Positions 29,188 to 39,395 are shown, counted from the stretch's first letter. The stretch is DNA of 64,000 nucleotides from an uncultured Gemmatimonadales bacterium (GCA_963701965.1 OY969695.1:1824001-1888000); one strand, 5' to 3'. The notes: generated by a model from the sequence alone, not told the origin. Translations and numbers: made by a program.

Positions 29188-29841
29188 ATGCCCGAGCCCC
29201 ACGACGGTGTGGCCGAGGAGGCCCAAACCGTCGGCAGTGACTTCGTCCGTACGCTCGGGCTGCACGATATCATCGCGGGCGGCCTCGCACTGTACATCTT
29301 CTGGTTGCCACGGCGGATCCTCCTCGCCAATGTGTTGCCGGCCACCGGCAAGCCGTACCTGGACGTCCCGCTCCTTATCTGCGCCGCCGCGATCGCCGGT
29401 AAATTGATCGCCTTTGCCGTCGCCTTTATCACGGCGCTGACGTCGATCCTGCTGCGGCGCTGGACCACGAACTACCAGGCCCTCACGACGCAACTCGTGG
29501 AGAGCTACAAGCGCTCCCACCTGCCGGAGCTCGTCCACCCCGAGCGCGGCGCGACCGCGCCCGCCCTGACGTTCATTGCACGGGCCTGGCCGGCCCGAAT
29601 GCCGGCCCTGCGGCGGAAGTCGGCCAATGCGGCGTTCGCCTATACCTGCGCGGTGCTCGTCTGTCTCGCGCCCACCACCACCCTCTGGACATGGGGCGCC
29701 CTGGTCGTCTTCTGGCTGCTCGGCGTTCTGCTCCAGCTGGACTACGTCGGCGAGCTCGCCCGGACACTCGCGATCTTGGGCGGGACGTTCCCCCCTACCG
29801 GTGAGCCCCATGCGCATACACGTCACGACGTCGCGCGATGA
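29188..29841 (+). CDS. Hypothetical membrane protein (~4 TM)
   Basis: Two hydrophobic helix pairs separated by a soluble loop. Confidence 0.65.
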   Translation: MPEPHDGVAEEAQTVGSDFVRTLGLHDIIAGGLALYIFWLPRRILLANVLPATGKPYLDVPLLICAAAIAGKLIAFAVAFITALTSILLRRWTTNYQALTTQLVESYKRSHLPELVHPERGATAPALTFIARAWPARMPALRRKSANAAFAYTCAVLVCLAPTTTLWTWGALVVFWLLGVLLQLDYVGELARTLAILGGTFPPTGEPHAHTRHDVAR

Positions 29842-30388
29842 AGTCAGCATCGCCCAGGCCGCCCGGTTTCTGAGCGCGCTGAGCCTGCTCCACGCGGGCG
29901 TGGTGTTGAATCCATCCACACCGGCCGACAAAGGCACATTGGCCGAACGCGAACGCCTGATGGGCGGTCTCCAGCACGGCCTCGAGGCCTGGCGCGAGTT
30001 GGACAAAGCGCAACGCACCAATGTGGCGACCCGGCCGGGCGTGTTGTTCGACGTGACGGACCACTATCTCGCCGCGTACGCCACGTCGGCCCTGGGCGCC
30101 ACAGGCGGCGGCCCCCAACTCGTGTCGCTGACGACCGGCAGTCTGGACACCGTGATCGAGAACGTCGTCGACTCGGTGGTCGATTTCTTCAAGGGACTGC
30201 TGCCGCAACTGGCCGTCCCGGACTCCGTGCGTCAGGCCCCGGCGTTGGTGGATGTGCTCCTGCCGCCCCGTGGTGAAGACGACATGTCACGCATCAGCGG
30301 ATCCCTGGCCCGGCGTGGCGCCGTCCAGATGGCCGCCACACTGTTCGACATGCGGGCGACGGGACTCTCGATTACGGACGGGGCCTGA
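29810..30388 (+). CDS. Hypothetical protein
   Basis: 192-aa ORF overlapping the upstream gene; no recognised motif. Confidence 0.6.
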   Translation: MRIHVTTSRDEVSIAQAARFLSALSLLHAGVVLNPSTPADKGTLAERERLMGGLQHGLEAWRELDKAQRTNVATRPGVLFDVTDHYLAAYATSALGATGGGPQLVSLTTGSLDTVIENVVDSVVDFFKGLLPQLAVPDSVRQAPALVDVLLPPRGEDDMSRISGSLARRGAVQMAATLFDMRATGLSITDGA

Positions 30389-30873
30389 GAAACGGCGCCC
30401 AGTCGTTTTCCGGCGCCCGAAAGTCGACGTGGACTTCGACGCGCGGATTGACGCGCTGATTGGCGACGGCGATCCAACACTCGAACAACACCTTGTCGAT
30501 CCCGCGCCGCCGCGCCTGCACCTTGTACTGGATCTCCTTGAGCCGCAGGGTCCCGGGCCACGTGGCCGTCACCGTCGTCAGCCAGAGCTCCGCGTCGGAA
30601 GCCAACTCTTCGTAGAGTTCCTTGACGTACCGCTCGATGCCGGCGGCCTGCAGCCGCTGATTGACTTCGGCAGGCGCGTAGCGGATCGCGTGCGGGCTCT
30701 CCGTCCCCGTGATGTTGCCCTGGCTGTGGGCCCGCTGCCAGCCGACGAGACCGACGTCGATACCGGGAAAAAATGCCTTTCTCGAAATGCTGGCGCCCCG
30801 GCGGCGCCTTGACCCGGCTCTGAATGACGATGTCGCCGTGCGCGTCCCGCCAGGTGGCCTCTCGCAGTATCAT
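30372..30873 (-). CDS. Orphan polymorphic-toxin-like nuclease domain (~166 aa); frameshift near 30770
   Basis: After a 1-nt repair: GWQRAHSQGNITGTESPHAIRYAPAEVNQRLQAAGIE. The RAH...NQ pattern resembles His-Me finger nucleases; family recalled, not searched. Confidence 0.6.
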
Positions 30874-30896
30874 GGACACAATGTACGTCCGCCGCG

Positions 30897-32708
30897 TCAC
30901 CCCGAGTCGCCGAGGCCGACCAACTCCAGCAGTTTCAACGCGTTCGTCGATGTCGCCTTGCCGGGGCGCACCCGATAGTCGAACGTCATGCGCGCCCCCT
31001 GGATCTGTTCCTGAAAATGCACATGCTGCACGCGGCCCGCGAATGCCTCGGCGTCGGCCAGCGCGAGATCGTGCGACGTGACGGCGCCCACGGCGCCGGA
31101 CAGCATCAGATGCTGCAGCACCCGGCGCGCAGCAATCACGCGTTCGGCGGAGTTCGTGCCCTGGAGAATCTCGTCGAAGAGATAGAGCAACGGCTCGTCG
31201 GATGACGCGCTCGCCGCCTGCACCACTTCCTTGAGCCGCTCGAGCTCGGCCATGAAGTAGGACACCCCGCGCTCCAACGAATCCTGAATGCGGATCACCG
31301 TCCACAGGCGAAACGGGGCGAGTCGCAGCGCCGACGCGCACGCCGCCGACCCGGTGCGCGCCAGGACGACGTTGAGACCAATGGCCCGGAGGAGCGTGCT
31401 CTTGCCGGCCATGTTCGATCCCGTGACCAGCACGAGCGTGCCCCCGGGCCCGAGCGACACATCGTTCGTGACGCGCTGGGTGCTCGACAGGAGCGGATGT
31501 CCGACCGCGCGGGCGTCGAACACCGGGGGACTGGCCTCGGCCAGCTCCGGGAAAGTCCAGTCGGGATTCTCGGACGCCAACGTCGCCAGTGCCGCGAGAG
31601 ACTCGCCCGTTCCGATCGCGGCGAGCCACTGGGCGACGCGAGGTCCGTTGCGCGCGCGCCAGCGCGCGGCGAACCACGCGATCCACAGGTCCCAGTACAC
31701 CGCCATCTGCAGCGCGAAGTGGAGCATCGGCGACTCCCGCGCCGACGCCCAATCCGCGAGCCGCCGCAGCCGCTGGATCTCGAGCCAGGCCGAGCCGAGG
31801 GCGTCCTGCAGGCCCCGCAACCCGGTCGCATTGAAGGGTTGCGTCGCGATGAGCCGCGCCAGCGCGGTCCAGGCCTCGAGGCGATCCGCGCTCCCCGTCA
31901 GGGCACCGATGGTTTCGTTGATCGGACGCGCCAGGCGGCGCATCACGATGCGGCCAACGAACAGGGGCGCGAGCCACACCAGATTCGGCACGAGACCGGC
32001 CGACTGGCCGACGCCCAGCGCCACGGTCGCGACGAGCAGCGCGGCCGCCGTCAGGACCGCGGGCGTGAGTGATGGCCCCGACGCGCCGTGTTCCGCCCAA
32101 GCTTCCACGGTGGGTCGTGCACTCGCGGCCACGGCCAAGCGCCGCCGGCCCTGCGCCGCAAACGCCTCCCGCATGTCGACGAGCAGTCGCAATTCGGCCA
32201 CGCTCTCCTGTCGACCCACGACGACGTCGCGCGGCGCCCCCGCCAGCATCCAGCCGCGCAGGGTCTGCCGGCCGAGCGCGGTCATCGGTGGGAAGAGTTG
32301 CGCGAGCGACGCCGGGCCGAAGAGATCGAGATCGTTGGCGTAGGGATGCCCATCGGGCGCCGGCATCCAGGCCGGAAGCGACAACTCGGACCACGCCCGG
32401 TCGACCCGATACACGGCCAGATCATTGAGCTCGGCCCGCGCCGTGAGCTCCTGGATGCTCGCCTTCAACCGGTCGTGATAGGCGACCAGCGCGATGAACG
32501 CCGTGACCGCGGCCAGAGACGCCAGCAGCGCGCGCGTCGCGCCCGGCCCGCGGGCCGCCATCGCATACGCGAACAGCGCGATCGCCACGAACGCCGCGCC
32601 GAGGCGCAACCAGCTGACGCGCGCGGCGACCCGTCCAATACCGCCCGCGCGCGCGCGAAATCCGCTCGCGCGTTCCCGGAACTGTTCGACCAGCCGATCA
32701 CGAGTCAG
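30897..32708 (-). CDS. Membrane-anchored MutS-related ATPase
   Basis: HPYANDLDLFG, TGSNMAGKST, DSLERGVSYFMAEL, FDEILQGTNS, TSHD; TM segments; start possibly CTG at 32708 (TTG at 32609). Confidence 0.88.
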   Translation of the reverse strand: MTRDRLVEQFRERASGFRARAGGIGRVAARVSWLRLGAAFVAIALFAYAMAARGPGATRALLASLAAVTAFIALVAYHDRLKASIQELTARAELNDLAVYRVDRAWSELSLPAWMPAPDGHPYANDLDLFGPASLAQLFPPMTALGRQTLRGWMLAGAPRDVVVGRQESVAELRLLVDMREAFAAQGRRRLAVAASARPTVEAWAEHGASGPSLTPAVLTAAALLVATVALGVGQSAGLVPNLVWLAPLFVGRIVMRRLARPINETIGALTGSADRLEAWTALARLIATQPFNATGLRGLQDALGSAWLEIQRLRRLADWASARESPMLHFALQMAVYWDLWIAWFAARWRARNGPRVAQWLAAIGTGESLAALATLASENPDWTFPELAEASPPVFDARAVGHPLLSSTQRVTNDVSLGPGGTLVLVTGSNMAGKSTLLRAIGLNVVLARTGSAACASALRLAPFRLWTVIRIQDSLERGVSYFMAELERLKEVVQAASASSDEPLLYLFDEILQGTNSAERVIAARRVLQHLMLSGAVGAVTSHDLALADAEAFAGRVQHVHFQEQIQGARMTFDYRVRPGKATSTNALKLLELVGLGDSG

Positions 32709-32711
32709 GTT

Positions 32712-34241
32712 CTATACCACCCGGCTCGTCAGCTCGGCCGAGACCAGCGCCCGCAGCGCGCGGATGACGCGCCCGACCGCGGGCGTTGGGATCTTACCGG
32801 TCGACCGCAGGACCGGCGGCGGCTCGACGCCGTCGTCGAGGCGGGCGCGCGACTGCTCCGCATCGTGCATCACCTGATAGAACTGGTAGTCCTCGGACAG
32901 CGCGATGGCCCGCGTGAACGCCGAGCGCGCGCGCGACACGCGGCCCGCGCGCCAATGTCCGAGACCGAGATTGAGGAAGTAGTCCGCCAACTGCTCCGAC
33001 TCCAGTTGCTCGCGGGCGATCGTCTTGGCGTAGTGCCGGAACCACCGGTCCTCTCCGCACGCCGCCGACAATTTGAGCCCCTTGAGGCCCGCCGCCAGCT
33101 GGATGTCCGGATCGTCCGCCGTCGCATACACGTACCGGTAAATGTCGCGCGCGACCTTTGGCAGACGCAGATAGAGGAACGCCGTCGCCATGTCGTCCAG
33201 CGCGCGGTCGCGCCGCGCCGCATCGCTGTACCCCCGAAACGCCTCGTGCAGCCACACGATCGCGTGCGGCGCCTCATCGCCGCCGGGGCGCCGGCGCGCA
33301 TAGGTCGCCAGGGCCCGCTCGTGCAGCGCGGTGGCGCGCACGTCGGGGAGCCCCGCCACCTCCGCGTCCCGCGCCACGTCGGCGTACCGGCGGTCCGAAC
33401 CCGGCACATCGCCGGTCGCCAGCAACACGGCAGCCTTGCCGATGCGATTGAGCAACGCGTGCTCCGGCGCCCCGAGCCGCTCCGCCAGCCGGCGGCCTTC
33501 CCGATGCGCCGACATCGCCGCATCGTAGCGCCCGATCCGGCGGAGGCAGAGCCCCATCCGATAGTAGTACTCCGGCGCCTGCAGCTGCTCCTCGCGCGTG
33601 CGCGCATGCTCGATGGCGGTGCCAAACACGTCTGCCGCCAGCGCCGGTTGCCTGGTCCGCTCCAGGATGCCCCCGTACGCCGCCAATAGCGCCCAGACTG
33701 ATGGCATGCGCATCGGCGCGTCGTACATCACCGCCGTGACGAGCGCGGCCAGGATGCGCTGCACGACTCCCGACGGTAGCTCGTCGATCTGGCAGCGCAG
33801 CGGCGCCAGTTCCGTGAACGACGGCGAACGCCGGATGAAATGCCGGCGGGCCCACCGGTCGATGACCCGCATGGCTTCGTAACCCGCCAGGGTCTCGCGC
33901 CACTCCAAGGTCCGCCGGTCGAACATCTCGAGCGCCTGCACGAACGGCGTGTGCGCGGGTTCAGGCCAGAAGGGCGCGACGCCGTCGTGCCAATCCGACG
34001 CCGGGTAGGGGAAATACGCGGGGTCTTCTCCGTCGGCGTCCCGCTTCTCCTCCCACCCATCCTCGCCGCGCACCCAGGAGAACGTCACCACCGGGTCGCC
34101 GGTCGCATCGCGCGTGAACTCGAGACGCCGCACAAAGCCGTTGCAACACCGCGCCGCGTCCGCCGGGTCTGCCCACCGGTGTCTCGAAGCCCCCGCGCAC
34201 TGATGCAGCTCTTCCAACCGGAACGCGTACAACGAACCCAT
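32712..34241 (-). CDS. Hypothetical protein with TPR-like helical repeats
   Basis: Strong RBS GGAGGAGG; repeats such as YYRMGLCLRRIGRYDAAMSAH and FLNLGLGHWRAGRVSRARSAF. Confidence 0.75.
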   Translation of the reverse strand: MGSLYAFRLEELHQCAGASRHRWADPADAARCCNGFVRRLEFTRDATGDPVVTFSWVRGEDGWEEKRDADGEDPAYFPYPASDWHDGVAPFWPEPAHTPFVQALEMFDRRTLEWRETLAGYEAMRVIDRWARRHFIRRSPSFTELAPLRCQIDELPSGVVQRILAALVTAVMYDAPMRMPSVWALLAAYGGILERTRQPALAADVFGTAIEHARTREEQLQAPEYYYRMGLCLRRIGRYDAAMSAHREGRRLAERLGAPEHALLNRIGKAAVLLATGDVPGSDRRYADVARDAEVAGLPDVRATALHERALATYARRRPGGDEAPHAIVWLHEAFRGYSDAARRDRALDDMATAFLYLRLPKVARDIYRYVYATADDPDIQLAAGLKGLKLSAACGEDRWFRHYAKTIAREQLESEQLADYFLNLGLGHWRAGRVSRARSAFTRAIALSEDYQFYQVMHDAEQSRARLDDGVEPPPVLRSTGKIPTPAVGRVIRALRALVSAELTSRVV

Positions 34242-34334
34242 TGTCGGTCACCCTCCTCCGGCCCAACCTATCCCCAAAAGATCGCATCCGCTACGTTGCG
34301 GAATAGCAAGCGGCGCATGCCCGTGGCGTAGCCA

Positions 34335-34350
34335 TGGCCCAAGGGTTGCT
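34335..34350 (+). promoter_or_regulatory. Candidate sigma-54 promoter upstream of the mlaD-like gene
   Basis: TGGCCC-AAGGG-TTGCT (GG-N10-GC). Confidence 0.5.
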
Positions 34351-34382
34351 CCTGTCGCGTCTGCTCCCTAGCCCGGTCCAAC

Positions 34383-35333
34383 CTGCGCAAACCTCTTGCT
34401 TGGCGTTCTCTAATCCCCGGTCTCATCACGCTGGCCGTTACGCTCGCGGCCGTCGTGTGCACGCTGGCATTCGCCCGGGTTGGCGGGCTGCACGGCGCGA
34501 CTATCCGATTGTACGTGGCAACGGACGGCGCCGCTGGCGTCATCAAGGGCACCGAGGTGTGGAGCGCCGGCCAGGTCATCGGTCAGGTGAATGGCACGAT
34601 GCTGCGGCCAGTGACGGTAGATACCAGCGCGCGCGTGCTCGTCAGCGCCGACATCCTGCGCCATTACGCGCATCGCGTCCGGCGCGACACGCGCGTCCAG
34701 ATCGGGCCCGGATCGAGTCTCGTTGGCGCACCGGTCGTCTTTCTGTCGGGCGGAACGGCTGGCGCCCCTGCCATCAACGACGGCGACACGCTCGTCTCCC
34801 AGCCCCAGCGGGCGTTCGATGAGACGCGTTCGGCGTACACGTCTTTGGGACAGCAGGTGCCGGCGCTCTACGGGGACGTCCGGGCGCTGCTCACCCAGTT
34901 GTCGTCACCCAAAGGCGCCATCGGCGCCGCGCGGACGCAGGAGGGTCCGGCGACGACGGCGGTGATCCGGTCGCTGGCGGGGCGCCTGACGAAGCGCGCG
35001 CTCCGCCGGAGTCCGGCCGTCGGCGCGATGAGCGACACCCTGGAAGCGCGGGCCCGGCGCCTCCTGGCCACGGCCGATACCCTGCGCCGGGTCCTCGCCG
35101 CAAAAGAGGGCACGCTGGACCGGTTCGATCGCGACAGCGCCATCGTGCAGTCGATCCGCGACACGCGCGCCCAGATCGACACCACCCGCCGTCTGCTGAC
35201 TACGCCCGCAGGGACCCTCGGCCGGCTGCACACGGATGACGCGCTCCGGCGGCGGCTCGCCGACGCCGACTCGTCGCTGAGTGTGCTGATGCACGACGCC
35301 ATGTCCCAACCCGTGCGTTACCTACCGTTCTAA
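34383..35333 (+). CDS. MlaD/MCE family protein
   Basis: N-terminal TM, AAGVIKGTEVWSAGQVIGQV MCE domain, helical tail with GTLGRL; the in-frame N-terminus starts at a CTG. Confidence 0.82.
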   Translation: MRKPLAWRSLIPGLITLAVTLAAVVCTLAFARVGGLHGATIRLYVATDGAAGVIKGTEVWSAGQVIGQVNGTMLRPVTVDTSARVLVSADILRHYAHRVRRDTRVQIGPGSSLVGAPVVFLSGGTAGAPAINDGDTLVSQPQRAFDETRSAYTSLGQQVPALYGDVRALLTQLSSPKGAIGAARTQEGPATTAVIRSLAGRLTKRALRRSPAVGAMSDTLEARARRLLATADTLRRVLAAKEGTLDRFDRDSAIVQSIRDTRAQIDTTRRLLTTPAGTLGRLHTDDALRRRLADADSSLSVLMHDAMSQPVRYLPF

Positions 35334-35396
35334 CTGGTCGTTGGCTATTTTCAGAGAGCCTTCCCCGCGCCGTGCCGCGCGATCTCCCCCCAATAC

Positions 35397-36683
35397 ATGC
35401 AAGACGTTGCGCCCCCCCCACCACCCGTGGACGTCGTGGGGCTCCGAAAACAGTCCATTGTCGAGCTCCTGCGCGTCGCCGACGAGTTGGGAGTCCCGGA
35501 CGTGTCGGGCCTCCGAAAGCAGGATCTCATTTTCCGCATCGAGCAGGCGCTCCTGCAGTCGGACGCGCCCCTGCGCGCTTTCGGCGTGCTCGAGATCATG
35601 TCCGAGGGCTACGGGTTCCTGCGCAGCCAGGAATGGAGCTATCTGTACAGCCCGGACGATGTGTACGTCTCCCCCTCCCAGATCCGGCGGTTCGACCTCC
35701 GCACCGGCGATACGATCAGCGGCCAGGTCCGGCCGCCCAAGGAGTGGGAGCGGTATCTCGCGCTCCTCAAAGTCGAGTCGGTCAACGGCGACGAACCGGG
35801 ACGATTCGCGGAGCGGCCGACGTTCGACACGCTCCGCCCGCGGTATCCCGATCGGCGCATCCGCCTCGAGACCAAGAGCGGCGATCTCAGCATGCGCGTC
35901 GTCGACATTCTCGCCCCGGTGGGCAAGGGCCAGCGCGGCCTGATCGTCGCGCCGCCGCGCGCCGGCAAGACGATCCTGCTGCAGAAAATGGCCAACGCCA
36001 TCGTCGAGAATCATCCCGAAGTCCTGTTGATCGTGCTCTTGATCGACGAGCGCCCTGAGGAAGTCACCGACTTCCTGGCCAACGTGCCGTCAGCGGAGGT
36101 GGTGAGCTCGACGTTCGACGAGCCGGCCGATCGCCATGTGCAGGTGGCCGACATGGTCATCGAAAAGGCGCGCCGCCAAGTGGAACACGGCAAGGATGTC
36201 GTCATCCTGCTCGACTCGATCACCCGGCTCGCACGGGCCCACAACACGATCATGCCGCACTCGGGGCGCATTCTGTCCGGCGGCGTCGATGCCCAGGCCC
36301 TGGCCAAGCCCAAGCACTTCTTCGGCTCGGCCCGGAACGTCGACGGCGGCGGGTCCCTCACCATCATCGCCACCGCGCTCGTCGAGACCGGGTCCCGCAT
36401 GGACGAGGTCATCTTCGAGGAGTTCAAGGGCACCGGCAACATGGAGCTGGTGCTGGACCGCAAGGTCGCGGACAAGCGCATCTTCCCCGCGATCGATATT
36501 GGGAAATCGGGGACCCGGAAAGAGGAGCTGTTGTTGACCCCCGAGGAGATGAACCGCGTGTATCTCCTGCGGAACTTCCTCGGCGACATGCCCGAAGATG
36601 AGGCCGTGCAGTTTCTCTTGATTCGCATGGCGCGCACCAAGACCAACCGCGAGTTTTTCGTCAGTATGGCCCAAGGACAGTGA
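35397..36683 (+). CDS. rho: Transcription termination factor Rho
   Basis: [49 protein letters not shown]. Confidence 0.98.
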   Translation: MQDVAPPPPPVDVVGLRKQSIVELLRVADELGVPDVSGLRKQDLIFRIEQALLQSDAPLRAFGVLEIMSEGYGFLRSQEWSYLYSPDDVYVSPSQIRRFDLRTGDTISGQVRPPKEWERYLALLKVESVNGDEPGRFAERPTFDTLRPRYPDRRIRLETKSGDLSMRVVDILAPVGKGQRGLIVAPPRAGKTILLQKMANAIVENHPEVLLIVLLIDERPEEVTDFLANVPSAEVVSSTFDEPADRHVQVADMVIEKARRQVEHGKDVVILLDSITRLARAHNTIMPHSGRILSGGVDAQALAKPKHFFGSARNVDGGGSLTIIATALVETGSRMDEVIFEEFKGTGNMELVLDRKVADKRIFPAIDIGKSGTRKEELLLTPEEMNRVYLLRNFLGDMPEDEAVQFLLIRMARTKTNREFFVSMAQGQ

Positions 36684-37099
36684 CCAAAGGGAGACTCCTG
36701 GCGATCGACTATGGAGATCGGCGGATCGGCCTCGCCGTGAGCGACCCGACGGGAACGATCGCATCACCCGTGGGCACCATCGTGCGGCGGGCCGGGAAGC
36801 GGCCGCCCGTGACCGAGTTGATGCGGCGGGCAACGGAACTCGAGGTCACGGGTATCGTGCTGGGCCTGCCGCTGGATGGCAATGGAGACGAGACCCCACG
36901 ATCAGTCGAGGTTCGGACGGTCGGCAGCGCGCTGGCCGAGCGCACCGGTCTCCCCGTGCGGTACGTCGATGAGCGCTTTACCACCGCGGCGGCGCTCCGC
37001 GCCGTCCGCGCCATGGGCGGGTCCACGCGCGGGAGGAAGGGCGATGTCGACGCCCTGGCGGCCACCGTTCTCCTCCAGCATGCGCTGGCGCTGCCGTAA
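36680..37099 (+). CDS. ruvX: YqgF/RuvX pre-16S rRNA nuclease
   Basis: [36 protein letters not shown]. Confidence 0.95.
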   Translation: MTKGRLLAIDYGDRRIGLAVSDPTGTIASPVGTIVRRAGKRPPVTELMRRATELEVTGIVLGLPLDGNGDETPRSVEVRTVGSALAERTGLPVRYVDERFTTAAALRAVRAMGGSTRGRKGDVDALAATVLLQHALALP

Positions 37100-38066
37100 C
37101 ACCTCGCCGCTGGTCGGCGTCCTCGTCGCCGCGGCCGCGATCGCGATCGCGATCGCGTGCGCGAGTCCCACGAGCGCGCCGAAGCGCGTCCTCATCCCGC
37201 CCGGTACGACGTTTCGGGCGGCGGCCGACTCGCTGGCCTCGGCGGGCGTGATTGGTACCCCGCGGTTGTTCGGGCTATACGCGAAGATTACGGGGCAGGA
37301 TCGGGCCATCAAACCCGGCACCTATCTCCTCCCAGCCGGGAGCTCGTGGGGCTCGACGCTCGAAGCCATGACCCACGGCCGGGGGTTGATCCACACCATC
37401 ACGATCCCTGAGGGATGGGAAGTTTGGGAGATCGAACCGGCGCTCTCGCGATCCCTCGGCGTCTCGCCGGATTCGGTCGCGGCCGCGGTCCGCGACAGCG
37501 CGCTGCTCGCCCAGGTGGGCGCGCCGCCGGGCGCGCCGACGCTGGAAGGGTTCCTGTTCCCTGACACCTACACGTTCCCCGACGGCACCACGGCCCATGC
37601 GGCCGTCGCCGAGATGGTGCGCGAGTTCGTGCACGCCTGGCGTCCGGAGTGGAACGCGCGGGTCGACTCGCTGGGGCTCACGCGGTATCAGGTCGTGACC
37701 CTTGCCTCCATCGTGGAAAAAGAGGCGAGGGTCGATGACGAGCGGCCGATCATCGCGGCCGTCTATCTCAACCGCCTGCGACGGCATATGCCGCTGCAGG
37801 CCGACCCCACGGTGCAGTACGCGCTCGGACACCATGTCGAACGCGTCCTCTACAAGAATCTCGACGTCGACTCGCCGTACAACACCTACCGTCATCCCGG
37901 GCTCCCGCCCGGACCCATCGCCTCGCCGGGCGCCGCCAGCCTCGCGGCCGCGGTCGCGCCCGCGGACGTGTCCTACTTGTACTTCGTGGCTCGACCCGAC
38001 GGCCACCACGAGTTCACCGACACGTTCTCGGCGCACAAGGAGGCGCGACGCTCGATCTCACGCTGA
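37080..38066 (+). CDS. mltG: Endolytic transglycosylase MltG
   Basis: TIPEG, LEGFLFPDTY, LASIVEKE, LQADPT, SPYNTY..GLPPGPI. Confidence 0.95.
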   Translation: MRWRCRNTSPLVGVLVAAAAIAIAIACASPTSAPKRVLIPPGTTFRAAADSLASAGVIGTPRLFGLYAKITGQDRAIKPGTYLLPAGSSWGSTLEAMTHGRGLIHTITIPEGWEVWEIEPALSRSLGVSPDSVAAAVRDSALLAQVGAPPGAPTLEGFLFPDTYTFPDGTTAHAAVAEMVREFVHAWRPEWNARVDSLGLTRYQVVTLASIVEKEARVDDERPIIAAVYLNRLRRHMPLQADPTVQYALGHHVERVLYKNLDVDSPYNTYRHPGLPPGPIASPGAASLAAAVAPADVSYLYFVARPDGHHEFTDTFSAHKEARRSISR

Positions 38067-38665
38067 TCGCCATCACGGACGATCTGCGCGACGGTCGCGA
38101 CGGGTTGGTGGCCCGAGCCCAGGCGGCCGCGGCTGGCGGTGCCACGGTCGTCCAACTGCGCCTCAAGGGCGCCGATGCCCGGACCTTGACCGACATCGGC
38201 CGTCTCCTGGTCGCCGCGTTGCCGATACCGGTGATCATCAACGACCGTGCCGACGTCGCGCTCGCCTGCGGGGCGACGGGAGTGCACGTCGGGACGGACG
38301 ATGTGCCCGTCGCTGCGCTCCGGGCCATCGTCCCCCCCGGGTTTGTGATTGGTGCGTCGGCGGGAAACCCCACGGAACTCGAGGCGGCTTTCGGCGCGGA
38401 CTATATCGGCGTGGGGCCCGTGTTCACGACCGCATCCAAGCATGATGCCGGAGACGCCATCGGCGTCGACGGCTTCGCCGCGTTGCGCGCGCGGAGCGCC
38501 GCGCCCGCGGTCGCCATCGGCGGCGTCGGTCCCGGGTCGGCGGCAGCCCTGAGGCAGGCGGGAGCCGCCGGCATCGCGGTGATCCGCGCCGTGTTCGGCG
38601 CAGCGGATCCGGAACGCGCCGCCCGCGCCATCAGAGCTGCATGGAGTCGCGCCAACGAAACATGA
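38063..38665 (+). CDS. thiE: Thiamine-phosphate synthase; start uncertain
   Basis: VQLRLK, IINDRADVA, GVHVG, DYIGVGPVFTTASK, AIGG. Confidence 0.92.
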   Translation: MIAITDDLRDGRDGLVARAQAAAAGGATVVQLRLKGADARTLTDIGRLLVAALPIPVIINDRADVALACGATGVHVGTDDVPVAALRAIVPPGFVIGASAGNPTELEAAFGADYIGVGPVFTTASKHDAGDAIGVDGFAALRARSAAPAVAIGGVGPGSAAALRQAGAAGIAVIRAVFGAADPERAARAIRAAWSRANET

Positions 38666-39395
38666 CGTCGGGCGGACGGGACTCGTGGTGGCCATCGGGT
38701 TCCGGCGTGGCGGCCCGCGATGACCCGCGGCGATCCGGACCGGACCACGGGGGCGCCCCATGAAACGCATCGACGATCTCGTCGAACACCGGCGGAAAAA
38801 GAAAGAGGTCCACGAGCGCCGGATCGAACTGCCGTCCGCGGCCCGTCGCGATCACGGCCGAGGCCTCGGCCAGGCTGAGCGCGGGACTGTAGCGCCGGGC
38901 GAACGTCGTGGCGTCGAACGTGTCGGCGATGGTGACGATTCGCGCCGAAAACGCGATCGCCCGGCCGCCCAGGCCCCGCGGATATCCCCGGCCGTCCCAT
39001 CGCTCGTGGTGGGAGAGGACACCCTCCGCCAGGTCGGGATCGAACGCCGCCAACGGCGCCAGCACCTCGGCGCCCCGCCGGGGATGCGTGGCGATCGCCT
39101 GGCGCTCCTCGGGCGTCAACTGCATCCGGTCGTGGATGATGTCGTACAACGCGGCGTCGATCTTCCCGATGTCATGAAAGAGCGCCACGCGCTCGACGGC
39201 GTGGACCTGGCGCGACCCCAGGTCGGCGGCGCGCGCCAGGATCGAGGCGTAGCGCGCGACGCGCCGCACGTGCGCGCCGGTCTGCGCGTCGGTGGCGTCC
39301 ATGGCGTTGAGCAGCGTCTCCAGCATCGCCGCCGCCAACCGGTCGGCCCGTCGGCGGGCCGCGCGATCACGCGCCGCGCGTGTAGGTTTGCGCAT
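38631..39395 (-). CDS. Stand-alone HD-GYP phosphodiesterase
   Basis: HVRRV, FHDIGK, HHERWDGRGYP, IADTFDA, QFDP. Confidence 0.9.
   Translation of the reverse strand: MRKPTRAARDRAARRRADRLAAAMLETLLNAMDATDAQTGAHVRRVARYASILARAADLGSRQVHAVERVALFHDIGKIDAALYDIIHDRMQLTPEERQAIATHPRRGAEVLAPLAAFDPDLAEGVLSHHERWDGRGYPRGLGGRAIAFSARIVTIADTFDATTFARRYSPALSLAEASAVIATGRGRQFDPALVDLFLFPPVFDEIVDAFHGAPPWSGPDRRGSSRAATPEPDGHHESRPPDVMFRWRDSMQL

Noticed and set aside
15313..30388. Secondary-metabolite biosynthetic cluster
   Set aside because: No NRPS, PKS or RiPP core enzyme; the genes form independent modules in mixed orientations separated by remnants
30232..32394. Long alternative-frame and antisense ORFs (e.g. 30232-32394, 32088-33689, 44277-45839, 53837-55669, 61839-63896)
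   Set aside because: Shadow ORFs of GC-rich coding sequence, with no motifs and overlapping well-supported genes
34334..34822. 162-aa ORF as the start of mlaD
   Set aside because: Different frame with an Arg-rich, non-protein-like composition; the mlaD frame is continuous from 34383
38000..38105. TPP riboswitch upstream of thiE
   Set aside because: thiE abuts mltG and no CTGAGA-type aptamer core is visible
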